Positions 9,861 to 20,912 of a stretch of DNA of 64,000 nucleotides are shown here, piece after piece. Positions within the stretch are counted from its first letter, which is position 1. Each line of letters begins with the position of its first letter. A program made the translations under genes and the position numbers. The DNA lies in the IMG/VR virus record IMGVR_UViG_3300023184_004591, positions 31,293-95,292 of that record; one strand, written 5' to 3'. Below the pieces are notes generated by a model that saw only the letters and a list, made by a program, of their open reading frames with translations, was not told where the DNA came from and did no database searches. The DNA is from a virus.

Positions 9861-12260
9861 TTAACATTCTTTTCTCAATTTACCATCATAAAAATCAAAT
9901 CTATTGTGATCAGTTGGTGTTGAAAGTAATACGGAACCTTTTATATTACCCTTTACAGTTTCTTGATAACAATGGGACATAAGAGTTTGTTCGTATGGCA
10001 TACTAAATTTTGTTTTAAGATAACATTTATAGTTACCTTCTCTTGACATAACTATTGGCCAATTACATAAATAAATTTCACCTGTTGCATATGGAATCCC
10101 ATTGTAAGATTTGATGTGTTTAAATTCTAAATTAGGTGAGTTAGGATCTAAACCATGTTCCGGTAATCTTGGGTTATTTATCCAATGAGATTCCCTAAAA
10201 GATTGTGGGACATTATACCAAGACCATTGTTTAGTATGACTACCATAAAATTCTGTAAAGTTTAACTTTAAAAAATCAAAATTTTCATCCTTAACAATTT
10301 TTAAACTGTTATCAAATATGTTTTTAATTTTTCTAATAAAACCATTATTACAAGTAACTTCAGAACCATTATAAAAAAACATATCGTCCTCAAAAAAATA
10401 ATAATGACTTAAATTATTTTGTTCATCAAAATGTTCCGCAATAAATTGTCTACCACCTGTTATACCAATATTATCCTTTTTAATATGTTCAAAACCATAT
10501 TGATCACATAACTCAACATATCTTTGAGTTGTGGATAAATCAGTTGAATTGTTAAGTAAGTATTTTTTAGTTTTAGTTAAAAATGACTGGTCATATTCTA
10601 ACATAGATTCAATAAGAGTTTCAAATTGTTTTGGGGAATTAAACGTAATTACATATAACCCAATATCGCTACCAACACCGTTAATTTTTATTTTAGTTTC
10701 AACATCAATTGGTTTATCAAATTGAGTTAAATTTTCAAAAAACGGCCAAACTAAACCATTACTTTCAATTTCAAATCTATGAATTAACTCAGGATATTTG
10801 TGACATAAAATAGTGAATAAACATTCGTCGGCACCCATTAAATTATCCTTTAATGTTGATTCCATTATACCATAATATAATGAATTTATATTGTTTATTG
10901 TATCTTTATGACCACCAAAGAATCCTCCTCTAGCAACGTATTTAACAAAATCAGTATTACAATATTTTGCCATACTTTTTCGTTCAAATCCGTGAATCTC
11001 ATCATTGTATTCATATGGGTATGTTATATGAACATATTCTTTACCTAAAGATAACATATAATTTTCTAAATTATCTAAGACTTTTTCTTTAGTAAAATAC
11101 CCACTATCAACTGTATTTGTTAAACCACCATCAATCCAAAAAAAGTATTCAGAATTAAATGGATTAACAATTGAAGAATCATTTAACATAAACATTTTAG
11201 TAAACATCATTGGGTTATAATATTCTAATGATGCCTGAGGAGATTCTCCTAACCAACCAGCAAAATTTTTCCAACTGTCTGTATTACGTATTTCTTGGAT
11301 CTTATCAAAGAAAGGATTCCAAGATTTAAAGTCTTCTAAATTTTTAATAAATATTTTTGTTGGTTTATTCCCTCTTATTTTTAATACCTCTTCCTCTAAA
11401 TCTTTAGGTATCCAAATACACATCTGTACATCTGTTTCTAAAAATTCAAAAAATCTATTTTTATAATATTCAAAATCTCTTTTTGCCCAACCATCAAGAT
11501 TACCTCTACCCATATCCCACAAACCAGTTACCATAGTAACATTTTGTTTTTTATTTTGTGATTCATAAACAGATTCTTTGGGGTATAAGAAATGATCCCC
11601 TCTTTGTTTTAAGTCAATATCGTTTATGTAATTACATTGTTCACAAAAATCATCTAATAATTTTTGAGATTCCTCATAGGTATATTTTTCCCACCAATTG
11701 TTCTCAAATTCAATAATTGGTTTTTGTTTTAAATTTTTTATTGTTTCTGTAAACCCTTTTAACACAAATAAATCTTCAGTTTCCGTATCTATTTTTAAAA
11801 TGTCAATTTTTTCTAAATTATACCTATGGTTAATATTATCAAAAAAATTAGTATTGATATTAGAATTTTCATCATAATTAATTTTAGATAAACCTAAATT
11901 GTAATTTTGGGTACCAACACTGTTTTCTATTTCGTATTGAAATGCACTATCATTAATTGTGAAACCTTTTACTCTATCTGACATTGCAATATTCTCAACC
12001 GTTATATGAGGTTGGTTTGAATATTTTTCATCTAAATATTTATATAGTTCAGGATGAACCTCAAATAATATCGCTCTTTTAATATCCAAAGATTTATTTA
12101 ATTCATCAAAATAAGTCCCACTATTTGCTCCAACATCAACCACAACTAAATCTTTTTTATCTTTTAGTTTTGATATTAATACACCTGTGGCACTATATAT
12201 GTGCATTTTTGAGTGATCATCCCATATTTTAATCTCATTATAATATTTTGTTTTTTCCAT
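9861..12260 (-). CDS. Three-domain fusion: FkbM methyltransferase + HtrL/YibB-type glycosyltransferase + GT-A-like domain
   Basis: VVDVGANSG...IDILKIDTE (FkbM); TMVTGLWDMGR...NPFNSEYFFWIDGG (HtrL/YibB); LYVITFN...GGRQFIAEHF...FFEDD (GT-A). Start placed at MEKTK (12260) rather than 12287. Confidence 0.75.
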   Translation of the reverse strand: MEKTKYYNEIKIWDDHSKMHIYSATGVLISKLKDKKDLVVVDVGANSGTYFDELNKSLDIKRAILFEVHPELYKYLDEKYSNQPHITVENIAMSDRVKGFTINDSAFQYEIENSVGTQNYNLGLSKINYDENSNINTNFFDNINHRYNLEKIDILKIDTETEDLFVLKGFTETIKNLKQKPIIEFENNWWEKYTYEESQKLLDDFCEQCNYINDIDLKQRGDHFLYPKESVYESQNKKQNVTMVTGLWDMGRGNLDGWAKRDFEYYKNRFFEFLETDVQMCIWIPKDLEEEVLKIRGNKPTKIFIKNLEDFKSWNPFFDKIQEIRNTDSWKNFAGWLGESPQASLEYYNPMMFTKMFMLNDSSIVNPFNSEYFFWIDGGLTNTVDSGYFTKEKVLDNLENYMLSLGKEYVHITYPYEYNDEIHGFERKSMAKYCNTDFVKYVARGGFFGGHKDTINNINSLYYGIMESTLKDNLMGADECLFTILCHKYPELIHRFEIESNGLVWPFFENLTQFDKPIDVETKIKINGVGSDIGLYVITFNSPKQFETLIESMLEYDQSFLTKTKKYLLNNSTDLSTTQRYVELCDQYGFEHIKKDNIGITGGRQFIAEHFDEQNNLSHYYFFEDDMFFYNGSEVTCNNGFIRKIKNIFDNSLKIVKDENFDFLKLNFTEFYGSHTKQWSWYNVPQSFRESHWINNPRLPEHGLDPNSPNLEFKHIKSYNGIPYATGEIYLCNWPIVMSREGNYKCYLKTKFSMPYEQTLMSHCYQETVKGNIKGSVLLSTPTDHNRFDFYDGKLRKEC

Positions 12261-12273
12261 ATATTTTGTATTT

Positions 12274-13260
12274 TTATACGTTACCAATATTTATATTTTG
12301 AATATGGGAGAACGATGTTACCACATATTCATTATTGTCTTTATTAGTTTTAAACTTTATTCTAGTTGATTTAGGTAAATCAAATGCTGGGTTAGATTTA
12401 AATGTATGTTCATTACAAATGAATGAAATTTTACTTTCATCCACACTAATAATATTTTTTACAAGTTCAGTAACATCCATTATTTTATCTTCAAAAACAT
12501 CTAACGATCTTCCCTCATCTCTTTGTTCTGCAAAATACCCAAATTTCGCATCAATAATTTCTATTTTTAAGTTAGATAAATCAGTACCATCATAAAAGTA
12601 TTTTGGAATAACTGTATAGTACGGATCCCATTCAAAATGAAACATTTCATATGGTTTAATACTTTCTTTAAAATTATTTGCTTCATGTAACCATGCCTCG
12701 CATGACCATCTTGATCCACCATAATAATCATTAAAAGGGATATTTTTTTGTACGTGTGTTGATTTCGTCCACCAAAAATTACCCCACCACCAATTACCAT
12801 TATTTGTTACACCAACAGTATCGTATTCGTCTAATTGTTTTACACATTTTTCCCAATTATCAATTAAAAAATATTCCAACATTTCAACCCAATTATTAAT
12901 ACCGTCAAATTTTAAATTACTAATTTCTTTTGTGTCAAAATTTTTGTATTTATTAAACACTCCTTTAGTGTGGAAATACAAAATTTTATAATCATCTCGT
13001 AATCTACTTAACTCATCAACTTTTCTCAATGCCATTATACCTTCACCCCAATTTATATCTGTATATTCAACAATATATTTAGGGTACTTAATCATAATAT
13101 CGTCTAACTTATCTTTTAAGGTATTTGTTGTGTCCGTAACAAAAAGATATAATTCGTCCGCAGATTCATATAAACCTGAATCATAAACTCTTTTAATTTG
13201 ATTGGTTAATTTTTCTTCCCAATCATTAATCATAAAACAATATGAAATAACCGCTACCAT
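12274..13260 (-). CDS. Putative glycosyltransferase-like protein with a small C-terminal beta domain
   Basis: ILYFHTKGV...WWGNFWW..S...R...EAW pattern common in viral glycan clusters; C-terminal IIDAKFG...DVT segment is lectin-like. Confidence 0.55.
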   Translation of the reverse strand: MVAVISYCFMINDWEEKLTNQIKRVYDSGLYESADELYLFVTDTTNTLKDKLDDIMIKYPKYIVEYTDINWGEGIMALRKVDELSRLRDDYKILYFHTKGVFNKYKNFDTKEISNLKFDGINNWVEMLEYFLIDNWEKCVKQLDEYDTVGVTNNGNWWWGNFWWTKSTHVQKNIPFNDYYGGSRWSCEAWLHEANNFKESIKPYEMFHFEWDPYYTVIPKYFYDGTDLSNLKIEIIDAKFGYFAEQRDEGRSLDVFEDKIMDVTELVKNIISVDESKISFICNEHTFKSNPAFDLPKSTRIKFKTNKDNNEYVVTSFSHIQNINIGNV

Positions 13261-13263
13261 ATA

Positions 13264-13911
13264 TTACATTTTTTTAAAATAATCCCCAATACTAAATTTG
13301 GTATTGGTATTTATTGATCCTTTATCGTTAGGTATAAATTTATTTATATCAACTAACCTAAAATCTATTGATACTCTAGTTTTACCACTATTATTTAATT
13401 TATTACCGTGAATTTTATTAGCTCCATCAAAAACTAAAATTTCACCATAATTTACACAATACGGATAATAATCACCTTTATCCTCCTTACTTTCACACCA
13501 TATCGTATTTTGTTCGTTAGTGTCCATAAAGGGTAACCAAAAATTAACTTCAGTTATTGAATGATTATATGTCTTATCTTTGTGCCACTCCCCCACGGCA
13601 ACATTACCATCGGATAATTGTACTCTAAATGTTGGAATACTTTGGTATATGATTTCATCATATTCAAAAGTTTCTTTTAAGTGTTTAATTAATTCCAAAT
13701 ATAGAGGTTCTACTTTTTCTTTAAACTTAGTATAGTATTTTTTATGCCAAATTGTAGATTGATCATCTTCTCTCTTAAGTAAATCATAATTTTTTATTAA
13801 GTGAATGTCTTCTAAATCAAATTCATTAATATCTAAAATCTCCCTAATTATTTCCTTAAACGGGAATTTGTTCACATCGTATTGTATTTTATATGGGGTT
13901 GAGAGGTACAT
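13264..13911 (-). CDS. 2OG-Fe(II) dioxygenase (StrG-like)
   Basis: PTFRVQL, WHKD (HxD), NFWLP, HGN...TRVSIDFR. Confidence 0.75.
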   Translation of the reverse strand: MYLSTPYKIQYDVNKFPFKEIIREILDINEFDLEDIHLIKNYDLLKREDDQSTIWHKKYYTKFKEKVEPLYLELIKHLKETFEYDEIIYQSIPTFRVQLSDGNVAVGEWHKDKTYNHSITEVNFWLPFMDTNEQNTIWCESKEDKGDYYPYCVNYGEILVFDGANKIHGNKLNNSGKTRVSIDFRLVDINKFIPNDKGSINTNTKFSIGDYFKKM

Positions 13912-13914
13912 ATT

Positions 13915-15240
13915 TTATTTTTTTATGATCACACTAGTTATACTCCAATCGGGTCTGTTTTGATATATCTCAACCGATAAGATATTCTCATTTAAATAAG
14001 TGATGTCATCTTCAGTTAAATAATCAGATTGTATTTTACCCGTTGATATGAAATTTTTTAACATATCTAATGTTATTGTTTTTGTTGGGTCTCCCCACCC
14101 ACACCAATCCTTTTCAGGCATCAGAGCTTCTAAACTAGTATGTAAGTCCTCAAGTACATATATTCCCCCTGACTTTAATGTTTTAAATAATTTTGACAAT
14201 GTGATTTGTTGATCGTACATTCTATGTGAACCATCATCTAATATAACATCAATTTCATTATATTGGTTTGAGAATGATTCCAACATTTCAGGATTTGATT
14301 GGTCAATATTAATTAACTCAATACGATCTAAATTTTTATCACCTAAGTTTTTTTCACAGAAAGGTAAATTATTATCTAACCCTAAAACTTTTGAATTTTT
14401 AAAATAGTCTCTCCACATTAAAATAGATCCTCCATGATTTACACCGATCTCAACAAATGTTTTAACTTTTTCTTTAATAGGTAAAAATAAATCATCATAA
14501 ATCAATCTTAAATAATTGTGTTCATAATGTTTATCGGTATCATAATATTCTACAATATCAGACAATTTTTCACCATCAGGTATTTCTATATTAAAAATAT
14601 CATAATAACATTTATCAATAGTTCTATTTGGTAACATACCGTAAGAAAAGGCATGAAATATAAAATTTTTATTTATTTTATTTTTATACTCATTCCCATT
14701 TAATACTTTATTTGTAATTAATTTAATATTTGATTTAGAATCAACCATAACATCCATTAAATGCCCAAAACAAGTTTGGTCGTGCCATAATCCCGTTTTA
14801 TAGTATCCAAGTTCATTATTTGGTCCACCCAATAAATTATCACCTAACTCCCACCATTTATTCATTACTTGTTTTGTCCAATCCGAATTTTTCATCAAGA
14901 AAACGCCCGCATTTAATTTACTAGGTCCGTAATCTTCAGTACATATAATATTGTAATCTGGGTCAATAAAATCTTCTATACTATAAGTAAAATCACATAC
15001 TATCGCATCCGCATCTAAAAAAAGAATGTAGTCAGGGTTATATAATTCAAAAACCTCATTAATAAATTTTGGTTTATACCAAGTTGGGGATCTTCCCTCT
15101 AATGCGGTTTTTATTTTATTATCATCAGATTCTAAATGATAAATGTATCCCTTTTCATCACAATATTTTTTATTTATTTCTTTTGTGAATTTACCATAAC
15201 TAAGGTTAGTGGTAAAAAATTGAGCAATAACTATTTTCAT
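13915..15240 (-). CDS. GT34-like glycosyltransferase fused to a class I SAM sugar O-methyltransferase (MycE-like)
   Basis: WYKP...ILFLDADA...LNAGVFL...WHDQT (GT34-like); TDK..HNY..Y, VEIGV, ILDDGSH, YVLEDLH (methyltransferase). Confidence 0.8.
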   Translation of the reverse strand: MKIVIAQFFTTNLSYGKFTKEINKKYCDEKGYIYHLESDDNKIKTALEGRSPTWYKPKFINEVFELYNPDYILFLDADAIVCDFTYSIEDFIDPDYNIICTEDYGPSKLNAGVFLMKNSDWTKQVMNKWWELGDNLLGGPNNELGYYKTGLWHDQTCFGHLMDVMVDSKSNIKLITNKVLNGNEYKNKINKNFIFHAFSYGMLPNRTIDKCYYDIFNIEIPDGEKLSDIVEYYDTDKHYEHNYLRLIYDDLFLPIKEKVKTFVEIGVNHGGSILMWRDYFKNSKVLGLDNNLPFCEKNLGDKNLDRIELINIDQSNPEMLESFSNQYNEIDVILDDGSHRMYDQQITLSKLFKTLKSGGIYVLEDLHTSLEALMPEKDWCGWGDPTKTITLDMLKNFISTGKIQSDYLTEDDITYLNENILSVEIYQNRPDWSITSVIIKK

Positions 15241-15241
15241 A

Positions 15242-16489
15242 TTATAAATTACCTGTTAATCTATCACACCACCCTTTTGATATTGAGTGAGGCCATACAA
15301 CCCAATAGGTTGGTTTATCTGTAGCATTAAATTCTCTCCATACTTTACAATAACCATCAGGATCATTTTTCATCCTATTAATTTCATTAATATCGGCATC
15401 TAATCTATATAACGTTTCATCTTTTGAATTATGGAAGGCAACAACCCAAAAATCATAATCGGGTTCAGGTACACTACCATAATGAACATCAATACAATGT
15501 TTAAATATTGAAGAAAAGGAATCTTTCCATTCTTCTTCTGAACTATATGTATAAGGATTTGGTGGGTATTGTTTATCTAATGTGTATTGTTGTACCGCTC
15601 TTTTTGAGAATAATACACCAGAATATTTTTCATAGTCTTGTACTGTTCTTTCAGTACCTAATCCATAGATACCAAAGTCACTATCAGGAGTTTCACCATC
15701 AACACCTAATAATTGTCTATTTTTTTGGTGACATCTTTCGTTTCGTTTTCCCCAATCTTTATCATCATCCCATTGTTTTGTTCTACCCTTACGAGTATAT
15801 TCGTGCCAAATGACCGTTTTATGTGGGTGGAATAGATCATATCCGTGAGTATATGCTCTTACTGCAATTGAGATTTCTTCTCCATGAAAATAAAACTCAG
15901 GATCATGTTGTACCTCAGTTGAAAATTGACCTAAAGTAAAACAAAAGTGTGCCGAATAAAATCTTGAGGGAATTGGTTCTTTTAATTTATCCCAACCTGG
16001 TATTGTTTCAGGTAAAAAGAAAACACAACCTTCAGGTGTAAATCTATCGAAAGACATTCTCCACGGCTCCTTAACTCTACCTTGTGGGTCATTATCGGGA
16101 TCAAAAGAAGAAACATATCCTGTTAATAAAGGTTTTTTGTATCCTTTCTTTTGTAACTGTTTAATCATTTTAATTAAAGTGTCATCCCAATCCTTTTCAA
16201 ACCTCATATGTGAGTCAATCTGTAAAGTATATTCTTCACCTTCATATACTTGTTGAGTTAAATGTCTTGCCCAACAAACACCTGTCGATTCCGTATATGG
16301 AATATTTAAGATTCTGAATCTATCATCATTTTCATATTCTGACAGATCATCAAAACCATCTTCAGGGTGGAATTGTCTTGCAATACCAAGTCTAATGTTT
16401 TTTGGTTTTTTTGCCTTTTCCAACATATCTTTAATTGTTGGTATTAATTGTGGGTCCCTATAGGACGCAATTTGTACAAATATTCTCAT
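15242..16489 (-). CDS. GT60-family (Skp1-hydroxyproline/polypeptide) N-acetylglucosaminyltransferase
   Basis: IFVQIASYRDP, GVCWARH, LQIDSHMRF (DxH), YFHGEEISIAVRAYTHGYDLFHP, WHEY: the characteristic GT60 motif series. Confidence 0.85.
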   Translation of the reverse strand: MRIFVQIASYRDPQLIPTIKDMLEKAKKPKNIRLGIARQFHPEDGFDDLSEYENDDRFRILNIPYTESTGVCWARHLTQQVYEGEEYTLQIDSHMRFEKDWDDTLIKMIKQLQKKGYKKPLLTGYVSSFDPDNDPQGRVKEPWRMSFDRFTPEGCVFFLPETIPGWDKLKEPIPSRFYSAHFCFTLGQFSTEVQHDPEFYFHGEEISIAVRAYTHGYDLFHPHKTVIWHEYTRKGRTKQWDDDKDWGKRNERCHQKNRQLLGVDGETPDSDFGIYGLGTERTVQDYEKYSGVLFSKRAVQQYTLDKQYPPNPYTYSSEEEWKDSFSSIFKHCIDVHYGSVPEPDYDFWVVAFHNSKDETLYRLDADINEINRMKNDPDGYCKVWREFNATDKPTYWVVWPHSISKGWCDRLTGNL

Positions 16490-16548
16490 ATTTCTTTTTT
16501 AAGAAAAAAATACTGTAAAAAAAAATAAAGAAAACACTTAATTAGTTA

Positions 16549-19500
16549 TCATTTACAAGGGAAAGATACATTACATGATGCACAATTGTTTGTTCCCGAC
16601 CAATCTATCCCAGCACCAACTGCAGTTCCTGTTGATGTTGATATTGTTGTCCAACATTGACTACCTTGAGTAACAATTTGACCCGCAATGGTTCCTACTG
16701 GTAAAATAATTATTCTGTCGGCAAGAACTCCACAACAGTGTGCAACTAACCATTTAACACCACCTGTTGTTGTTGGTGTAATTGTAGGTGTTGGAGTTGG
16801 CGTTGCAGTTTTCGTAGGTGTTGGTGTCGGTGTTGGACATGGGTTTGTAGTCAGACAAGTAGCACAACTACTTCCGTATGATACATTATTCCAAGTTAAT
16901 GTTGCAGGTCCTGCAATTGTACCAGAAATTTGATAACAGTTATTATTAATGTCAGTAACTACGTCACCGATCGCAAATGATGACGGTAAACTAATAATAC
17001 CATCAGGGTCCGCATTACAACAAGGTTTCACAAAGAAGAATGAGTAGGATGTGGTTGGTGTTAGAGTTAATGTTGGTGTTAATGTTGGTGTTGAAGTTCT
17101 CGTTGGTGTTGGTGTTAATGTTTTAGTTAGTGTTGGTGTTGGTGTTGGACATGCAGGGCAGAAAGTACATCCTAAACCATCGATATCATTTCCATATACA
17201 GAACCATTCCATGTTACTGTTGCAGGTCCTATAACAGTTGATGAAACCACATAACAGTTACCGTTTGTTGCTCCAACAACATATAAAATGTCAAGATTCA
17301 CATATATTGCAGGTAAGTAAAGAACCGCAGTGGATCCATCACAACATGATGTTCCTAATCCCCAAGTGTATTCTGTGGTTACCGTTGGTGTATTAGTCGG
17401 TGTTGGTGTTAACGTAGGTGTTGAAGTTCTTGTTGGTGTTAATGTTGGAGTTAACGTAGGGGTTAACGTAGGTGTAGAAGTTCTTGTTGGTGTTAATGTA
17501 GGTGTTAACGTTGGAGTTGAAGTTCTTGTTGGTGTTAATGTTGGGGTTAACGTAGGTGTAGAAGTTCTTGTTGGTGTTAATGTTGGTGTATTAGTCAATG
17601 TCTGAGTCAGCGTTGGTGTTAACGTTGGTGTTAATGTAGGGGTGTTAGTTAAAGTCTGAGTTAATGTAGGTGTTAATGTTGGGGTTGAAGTTCTTGTAGG
17701 GGTTAACGTAGGGGTATTAGTCAATGTCTGAGTTAATGTAGGTGTTAATGTTGGGGTTGAAGTTCTTGTAGGGGTTAACGTAGGGGTATTAGTCAACGTT
17801 GGAGTTAATGTTGGAGTTAACGTAGGTGTATTAGTCAAGGTCTGAGTTAAAGTTTGGGTCAATGTTGGGGTATTAGTCAACGTTGGAGTCAATGTAGGGG
17901 TTGAGGTTCTTGTTGGGGTTAATGTTGGCGTTAACGTAGGGGTGTTAGTTAACGTTTGAGTTAATGTAGGTGTTAATGTTGGTGTACTAGTTAATGTCTG
18001 AGTCAACGTTTGAGTTAACGTAGGTGTATTAGTTAAAGTTTGAGTTAACGTAGGGGTTAACGTAGGTGTGTTGGTTAAAGTTTGGGTCAACGTTGGTGTT
18101 AACGTAGGTGTTGAAGTTCTTGTTGGTGTTAATGTTGGAGTTAATGTTGGTGTATTAGTCAATGTCTGAGTTAATGTTGGTGTTAATGTAGGGGTATTAG
18201 TTAATGTCTGAGTTAACGTTGGTGTCAATGTAGGTGTTGATGTTAACGTTGGTGTCAATGTAGGTGTTGATGTTAATGTTTGAGTCAGGGTTTGAGTAGG
18301 TGTTGGCGTTGGTGTCAATCCTATTGTTGAGGTTAAAGTTTGTGTTAATGTAGGTGTAGGTGTTGAGGTTAAAGTTTGAGTTAATGTAGGTGTATTGGTT
18401 AGAGTTGGTGTTAACGATCTTGTTAATGTTGGGGTATTAGTTAATGTCTGACTTAAAGTCTGAGTCAATGTTGGAGTATTAGTTAAAGTTTGAGTCAATG
18501 TTGGAGTTAACGTTGGTGTGTTAGTTAAAGTTTGAGTCAATGTCTGAGTCAATGTAGGGGTATTGGTTAATGTCTGAGTTAACGTTGGTGTTAATGTAGG
18601 AGTATTAGTTAATGTTTGAGTCAACGTTTGAGTCAATGTAGGGGTTGAAGTTCTTGTTGGTGTTAACGTTGGTGTTAACGTAGGGGTGTTAGTTAACGTT
18701 TGAGTTAATGTTGGAGTTAACGTCGGGGTATTAGTTAATGTCTGAGTTAATGTTTGAGTCAATGTAGGGGTGTTAGTCAATGTTGGAGTTAACGATCCTG
18801 TTAACGTAGGGGTGTTAGTTAACGTTTGAGTTAGAGTTTGTGTTAATGTAGGGGTGTTAGTTAAAGTTTGAGTCAATGTAGGAGTATTAGTCAACGTAGG
18901 CGTTAACGATCTTGTTAATGTTGGAGTATTAGTTAAAGTTTGTGTTAATGTAGGTGTTAATGTTGGTGTGTTAGTTAACGTTTGAGTCAACGTTGGCGTG
19001 TTAGTTAATGTTTGGGTTAATGTAGGGGTTAATGTGGGGGTTGAAGTTAACGTTTGAGTTACCGTTTGAGTTAACGTTGGGGTATTAGTAGGTGTCTCCG
19101 TAGGTGTTGGTGTTGGAGTATTTGTAGTATTTGATGTTCTTGTTAACGTTGGTGTGTTAGTAAGAGTAGGCGTAGGGGTTGAAGTCAACGTTTGTGTTAA
19201 CGTAGGAGTTAAGGTTGGGGTTGAAGTTAACGTTTGTGTTAACGTAGGAGTTAGAGTTGGAGTTGAAGTTAACGTAGGTGTTAATGTTGGAGTTAATGTA
19301 GGGGTGTTAGTCAATGTCTGAGTCAACGTTGGGGTTGAAGTTCTTGTTGGAGTTAATGATCCTGTTAACGTAGGAGTGTTAGTTAAAGTTTGGGTTAATG
19401 TAGGTGTTAGAGTTGGGGTACTGGTTAAAGTTTGAGTTAATGTTGGGGTATTAGTTGAAGTTAACGTAGGGGTATTAGTTAATGTCTGAGTTAAAGTTTG

Positions 19501-20835
19501 AGTCAATGTTGGAGTTAATGTTGGGGTATTAGTCAATGTTTGGGTTAATGTAGGTGTTAGAGTTGGGGTTGAAGTTAACGTAGGTGTTAACGTAGGGGTT
19601 AGAGTAGGTGTTGAAGTTCTTGTTGGTGTTAACGTAGGGGTTAATGTAGGGGTGTTAGTTAAAGTTTGAGTCAACGTTGGTGTTAACGTAGGTGTTAACG
19701 TCGGAGTATTAGTTAATGTCTGAGTCAATGTCTGAGTCAACGTTGGGGTTAACGTAGGGGTATTAGTTAATGTTTGGGTTAACGTAGGGGTTACCGTTCT
19801 TGTTAAAGTAGGGGTATTAGTTAAGGTAGGAGTTACAGTTCTTGTTAACGTAGGGGTATTGGTAGGAGTTGAAGTTCTTGTTGGTGTTACAGTTTGAGTT
19901 AACGTAGGGGTGTTAGTTAATGTTTGGGTTAATGTCGGAGTTAACGTAGGAGTATTTGTTAACGTCGGAGTATTAGTCAATGTCTGAGTTAACGTTTGTG
20001 TTAACGTTGGGGTATTAGTAGGGGTATTGGTAGGCGTTGATGTTAAAGTTTGAGTTAATGTTTGAGTTAACGTAGGTGTATTAGTTGGGGTTGACGTAGG
20101 AGTTAACGTTGGTGTATTGGTAGGTGTTGATGTTAATGTTTGAGTTACCGTTTGAGTTAATGTAGGGGTGTTAGTTAAAGTTTGAGTTAATGTCGGAGTT
20201 AACGTAGGAGTATTTGTTAAAGTTTGTGTTAACGTTGGTGTATTGGTAGGTGTTGATGTTAAAGTTTGAGTTAATGTCTGAGTTAATGTTGGAGTTAAAG
20301 TAGGGGTATTAGTTAGAGTACTAATAGGTGTTGACGTTAATGTTGGTGTTAATGTTGGTATTGGTAAAATACAAGTATTCCCAATACATGGTGATCCATA
20401 ATTTAAAGTAACATTATCTAAATTAATTACATTACTACCACAATAATATACCGTAGAGTATCCAGGAACAAAAACATTCCCAATTACATTTCCAAAACAA
20501 TCAGTGTATGTGAATGATCCCCCACCATCATTATTACAAGAAACCGCAAGACAACAACAAGTACAAGGACCTGTTGCGGTTGGGGTTAATGTTGGCGTAT
20601 GGGTTGGTGTATTAGTTGGAACACATTGGTGATATTGGAATGTTTCACAATTTTGTGAATCAACTATTTTTACTAAAATTGGTGTTGTCTCATCTAATGG
20701 GGATGGAGAATAAAACGTTGTTGTTCCACCACCAAATGTCGTCGCATAATAACAATACGTATTTGTTACATCACACACATAAATATTATATGGAGGCGTT
20801 CCTGTTGATACGGATAATGTTATTTGATACGGCAT
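16549..20835 (-). CDS. Giant mucin-like Thr/Pro-rich virion fibre protein with Cys-rich C-terminal modules
   Basis: 1428 aa: small Cys-containing N-domains, ~1000 aa of [16 protein letters not shown] repeats, then three CC..C[YW]..CxxC..C modules. No signal peptide; TATTTAT upstream. Confidence 0.85.
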   Translation of the reverse strand: MPYQITLSVSTGTPPYNIYVCDVTNTYCYYATTFGGGTTTFYSPSPLDETTPILVKIVDSQNCETFQYHQCVPTNTPTHTPTLTPTATGPCTCCCLAVSCNNDGGGSFTYTDCFGNVIGNVFVPGYSTVYYCGSNVINLDNVTLNYGSPCIGNTCILPIPTLTPTLTSTPISTLTNTPTLTPTLTQTLTQTLTSTPTNTPTLTQTLTNTPTLTPTLTQTLTNTPTLTQTVTQTLTSTPTNTPTLTPTSTPTNTPTLTQTLTQTLTSTPTNTPTNTPTLTQTLTQTLTNTPTLTNTPTLTPTLTQTLTNTPTLTQTVTPTRTSTPTNTPTLTRTVTPTLTNTPTLTRTVTPTLTQTLTNTPTLTPTLTQTLTQTLTNTPTLTPTLTPTLTQTLTNTPTLTPTLTPTRTSTPTLTPTLTPTLTSTPTLTPTLTQTLTNTPTLTPTLTQTLTQTLTNTPTLTSTNTPTLTQTLTSTPTLTPTLTQTLTNTPTLTGSLTPTRTSTPTLTQTLTNTPTLTPTLTPTLTSTPTLTPTLTQTLTSTPTLTPTLTQTLTSTPTPTLTNTPTLTRTSNTTNTPTPTPTETPTNTPTLTQTVTQTLTSTPTLTPTLTQTLTNTPTLTQTLTNTPTLTPTLTQTLTNTPTLTRSLTPTLTNTPTLTQTLTNTPTLTQTLTQTLTNTPTLTGSLTPTLTNTPTLTQTLTQTLTNTPTLTPTLTQTLTNTPTLTPTLTPTRTSTPTLTQTLTQTLTNTPTLTPTLTQTLTNTPTLTQTLTQTLTNTPTLTPTLTQTLTNTPTLTQTLSQTLTNTPTLTRSLTPTLTNTPTLTQTLTSTPTPTLTQTLTSTIGLTPTPTPTQTLTQTLTSTPTLTPTLTSTPTLTPTLTQTLTNTPTLTPTLTQTLTNTPTLTPTLTPTRTSTPTLTPTLTQTLTNTPTLTPTLTQTLTNTPTLTQTLTQTLTSTPTLTPTLTQTLTNTPTLTPTLTPTRTSTPTLTPTLTNTPTLTQTLTQTLTNTPTLTPTLTPTLTNTPTLTPTRTSTPTLTPTLTQTLTNTPTLTPTRTSTPTLTPTLTQTLTNTPTLTPTLTPTLTQTLTNTPTLTPTRTSTPTLTPTLTPTRTSTPTLTPTLTPTRTSTPTLTPTLTPTLTPTRTSTPTLTPTPTNTPTVTTEYTWGLGTSCCDGSTAVLYLPAIYVNLDILYVVGATNGNCYVVSSTVIGPATVTWNGSVYGNDIDGLGCTFCPACPTPTPTLTKTLTPTPTRTSTPTLTPTLTLTPTTSYSFFFVKPCCNADPDGIISLPSSFAIGDVVTDINNNCYQISGTIAGPATLTWNNVSYGSSCATCLTTNPCPTPTPTPTKTATPTPTPTITPTTTGGVKWLVAHCCGVLADRIIILPVGTIAGQIVTQGSQCWTTISTSTGTAVGAGIDWSGTNNCASCNVSFPCK
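17375..20360 (-). repeat. Low-complexity coding repeat (Thr-X)n
   Basis: ~3 kb of degenerate 6/12-nt-period repeats, extremely G+T-rich on the + strand, with local exact duplications (30-nt period near 18212-18271; ~72-nt period near 17654-17796). Confidence 0.95.
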
Positions 20836-20912
20836 TTGATAATAAATATCAACACCTATATAAATCCAAAATCTTATTATAAATTATAATTGGTGCCAAT
20901 CATTTAGGGGGA

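Noticed and set aside
16688-17605. Plus-strand Val/Gly-rich ORFs (also 29626..29814) and the Asn-rich minus-strand ORF 29740..30000
   Set aside because: Antisense or off-frame shadows of the Thr/Pro repeats, with no independent start signals.
17375-20360. Possible CRISPR array or non-coding satellite
   Set aside because: No constant repeat with unique spacers; variation is concentrated at synonymous positions of one long open frame.
17375-20360. TxT ice-binding/antifreeze beta-solenoid
   Set aside because: Very frequent Pro and no regular Gly/Cys turn period argue against a solenoid; not formally excluded.
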